Source: Candidatus Pacearchaeota archaeon (GTDB lineage Archaea; Nanobdellota; Nanobdellia; Pacearchaeales; GW2011-AR1). Taken from it: a stretch of DNA of 41,434 nucleotides. The translations under genes and the position numbers were made by a program. The notes under the pieces were generated by a model, which searched no databases, was not told the origin of the DNA, and saw only the letters and a program-made list of their open reading frames with translations. Below are positions 39,996 to 41,434 of the stretch, one piece after another; the stretch's first letter is position 1; each line of letters starts with the position of its first letter. Location of the stretch: assembly GCA_023475035.1 (NCBI GenBank), contig JAMCXF010000006.1, forward strand, positions 1-41,434, read 5' to 3'.

Positions 39996-41201
39996 TTAAT
40001 AATTTAACGCATCTGCAATAATTTCCTTGGCCTTTTCAGTAATTTCTTTAGTAATTGCAAGTTTGATTTCCCTCATTCTCCCGCCCCGTCCTTTTGAGAT
40101 AACATTAACAGTAATAATTCCAAGCATGTCAAATTCCTGTATTATGTCGCTGACTCTTCTTTGCGTCAGGATTTCAAGATGATTCTTATTGCATAAATCT
40201 CTGTAAAGGTTGTAAACCTCTCCTGTAAAAATATGATTATTCGGTTTCTCTGAAAGAGCAATTATTGAACTTAAAACAATCTGGAATTGTTTCGGTTCGG
40301 TTTTAATGACGTCAAGAATTTTGTCTTTCTCGATTTTGTTATTGGCTTCGTCTATATGTTTGAATAAAATTTTTGTCGAGTTGTCTCTTTCTGCTAATTC
40401 TCCTGCAATTCTTAGCAAATCTAAAGCTCTTCTTGCATCACCATGTTCTCTTGCAGCCAAAGCAGCGCATTTTGCAATAACTCCTTCCTGCATGATTCCT
40501 TCCTTGAAAACATCATTCGCTCTTTTTGTAAGAATATCCTGCAACTGCATTGCATTATAAGGAGGGAAAACAATTTCCTCTTCAGAAAGAGAACTTTTGA
40601 CTCGAGGGTCTATTTCATCTAAAAAAGTAAGATTATTACTTATTCCAACAAGACAAATCTGTGATTTTGTAAGTTCTGAATTTAATCTTGTAAGATTATA
40701 AAGAAAGTCATCAGAAATTTTCTTGGCTGTCTGGTCTATTTCGTCAAGTATAAGAACAACAGTCATTTTTGTCGAATCAATTGTATCAATAAATTTGTCA
40801 TAGACAGATTGTGTAGGAAGTCCTGTTGCAGGAACCTCGCCTCCGAATTTTTTTATAAGTTCTGCAAGAATCCTGTATTCTGTATCAGAAACTTTTTTTA
40901 GTTTGCAGTTAAGATATTCTATTCTAAGCTCAAAATCAGAATCTTTCTTGACTCTTTTTATTAATTCATTTTTAATATATTGTATTGAAAGAGTCTTCCC
41001 TGTTCCTGTCTTTCCATAAAGAAAAAGATTGCTCGCTCTTTCTCCTCTTAGAACAGGCGCAAGTATCGAAGCAATTTGATTTATTTGCTTATCCCGATGA
41101 GGAATATCTTCAGGCTGATAACTGTTTTGCAATAAAGATTTATTTTTGAAAATTCCATTGTTATCAAACGCTTCAAAAATTTTGTCAAGTTCACTCCCCA
41201 T
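39996..41201 (-). CDS. cdc6: Orc1/Cdc6 replication initiator
   Basis: AAA+ Walker A (LFLYGKTGTGKT), Walker B (VLILDEID), sensor region GDARRALDLLR, and a C-terminal winged-helix segment. Confidence 0.95.
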   Translation of the reverse strand: MGSELDKIFEAFDNNGIFKNKSLLQNSYQPEDIPHRDKQINQIASILAPVLRGERASNLFLYGKTGTGKTLSIQYIKNELIKRVKKDSDFELRIEYLNCKLKKVSDTEYRILAELIKKFGGEVPATGLPTQSVYDKFIDTIDSTKMTVVLILDEIDQTAKKISDDFLYNLTRLNSELTKSQICLVGISNNLTFLDEIDPRVKSSLSEEEIVFPPYNAMQLQDILTKRANDVFKEGIMQEGVIAKCAALAAREHGDARRALDLLRIAGELAERDNSTKILFKHIDEANNKIEKDKILDVIKTEPKQFQIVLSSIIALSEKPNNHIFTGEVYNLYRDLCNKNHLEILTQRRVSDIIQEFDMLGIITVNVISKGRGGRMREIKLAITKEITEKAKEIIADALNY

Positions 41202-41281
41202 TTTATCCTCTCTTGTTTATTGCAGCCTCTTATTTTAAATTATATTATTCTCCAAAGGTCATTTTACACTCACACTTCTAT

Positions 41282-41293
41282 TTCCAATGGAAA
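41282..41293 (+). repeat. ORB/mini-ORB-like dyad TTCCAATGGAAA
   Basis: A single-base variant of the archaeal origin recognition box core TTCCAGTGGAAA as I recall it. The arms TTCCA/TGGAA are perfectly symmetric. Confidence 0.5.
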
Positions 41294-41380
41294 ATTGAGT
41301 ATATATAAATATCCCCAACGAGAATTATTATTTTAATTATATAAAAAATTATAACCACTAAAAAAGAAAAACGCCTTTAT

Positions 41381-41392
41381 TTCTTATGGAAA
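41381..41392 (+). repeat. second ORB-like element TTCTTATGGAAA (right half conserved)
   Basis: Same orientation, 99 nt downstream of the first. It shares T-TGGAAA-T/A-T. A weaker third candidate, TTCTCCAAAGGTC, lies at 41248-41260. Confidence 0.35.
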
Positions 41393-41434
41393 TTCATTTA
41401 ATTATATTATTTATTATAATAAAAAAATTTAACA

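Larger units (their letters stand above)
41202..41434. other. putative replication origin (oriC), truncated by the window edge
   Basis: Non-coding, very AT-rich region immediately upstream of orc1/cdc6. It contains ORB-like dyad elements and long A/T tracts that could serve as a duplex-unwinding element. Confidence 0.5.

Noticed and set aside
34361-41201. Inteins in PolD DP2, DP1 or Orc1/Cdc6, and also in RadA at 4392..5399.
   Set aside because: Protein lengths are normal for intein-free versions. I saw no intein splice-junction or homing-endonuclease blocks interrupting the conserved motifs.
1-41434. tRNA, rRNA, CRISPR arrays, transposases/integrases and recognisable defence systems.
   Set aside because: Scanning intergenic regions by eye found no roughly 72-nt GC-rich cloverleaf-like segments, no regularly spaced direct repeats and no transposase- or integrase-like ORFs. 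Intergenic spacers are short and AT-rich. A covariance-model scan would be needed to exclude small ncRNAs.

Overview
AT-rich, tightly packed archaeal chromosomal window. I call about 50 protein-coding genes and found no rRNA, tRNA or CRISPR array by eye. The archaeal assignment rests on PolD DP1 and DP2, Orc1/Cdc6, RadA, aEF-1beta, an archaeal-type TyrRS closely resembling the M. jannaschii enzyme, an RPA-like OB/Zn-ribbon protein, and class III (prepilin-type) signal peptides. The small proteins, a nucleotide-salvage cluster and several enzymes with degenerate catalytic motifs suggest a small-genome, DPANN-like archaeon; this is inference only. Layout from left to right: (1) 0.1-8.4 kb holds an EndoQ-like PHP nuclease, a heavily sequon-laden surface protein, ndk, radA, an RPA-like protein, aEF-1beta and a HIT-like protein. 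(2) 8.3-18.3 kb is a single-strand type IV pilus-like locus: secretion ATPase, a 162-aa membrane protein, a FlaJ/TadC-like platform protein, nine small pilin-like or TM genes (two absent from the ORF track), a 37-aa Lys-rich mini-ORF that I call only weakly, and an A24 prepilin peptidase. (3) 18.4-20.9 kb holds uncharacterised coiled-coil proteins, two paralogous membrane proteins and a PRC-barrel protein. (4) 21.6-26.7 kb holds a split Hef (helicase and ERCC4 nuclease as separate genes) flanking an IMPDH/GMP-reductase-like gene, a CMP-kinase/deoxyribosyltransferase-like fusion and a frameshifted dCMP deaminase. (5) 27-34 kb is housekeeping: LigT-like, agmatinase-like, M16 peptidase, FmrO-like rRNA methyltransferase, DRG-like GTPase, tyrS and a TctA-like membrane protein. 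(6) 34.4-41.2 kb is an orc1/cdc6-DP1-HAD-DP2 operon ending at an AT-rich region with ORB-like dyads, probably a replication origin cut by the window edge. The most unusual sequence-level signal is a 55-nt GC-rich direct repeat (54/55 identical, 1225 nt apart). It encodes the leader peptides of two otherwise dissimilar pilin-like genes. All functional calls rest on motif recognition from memory; no database search was possible.
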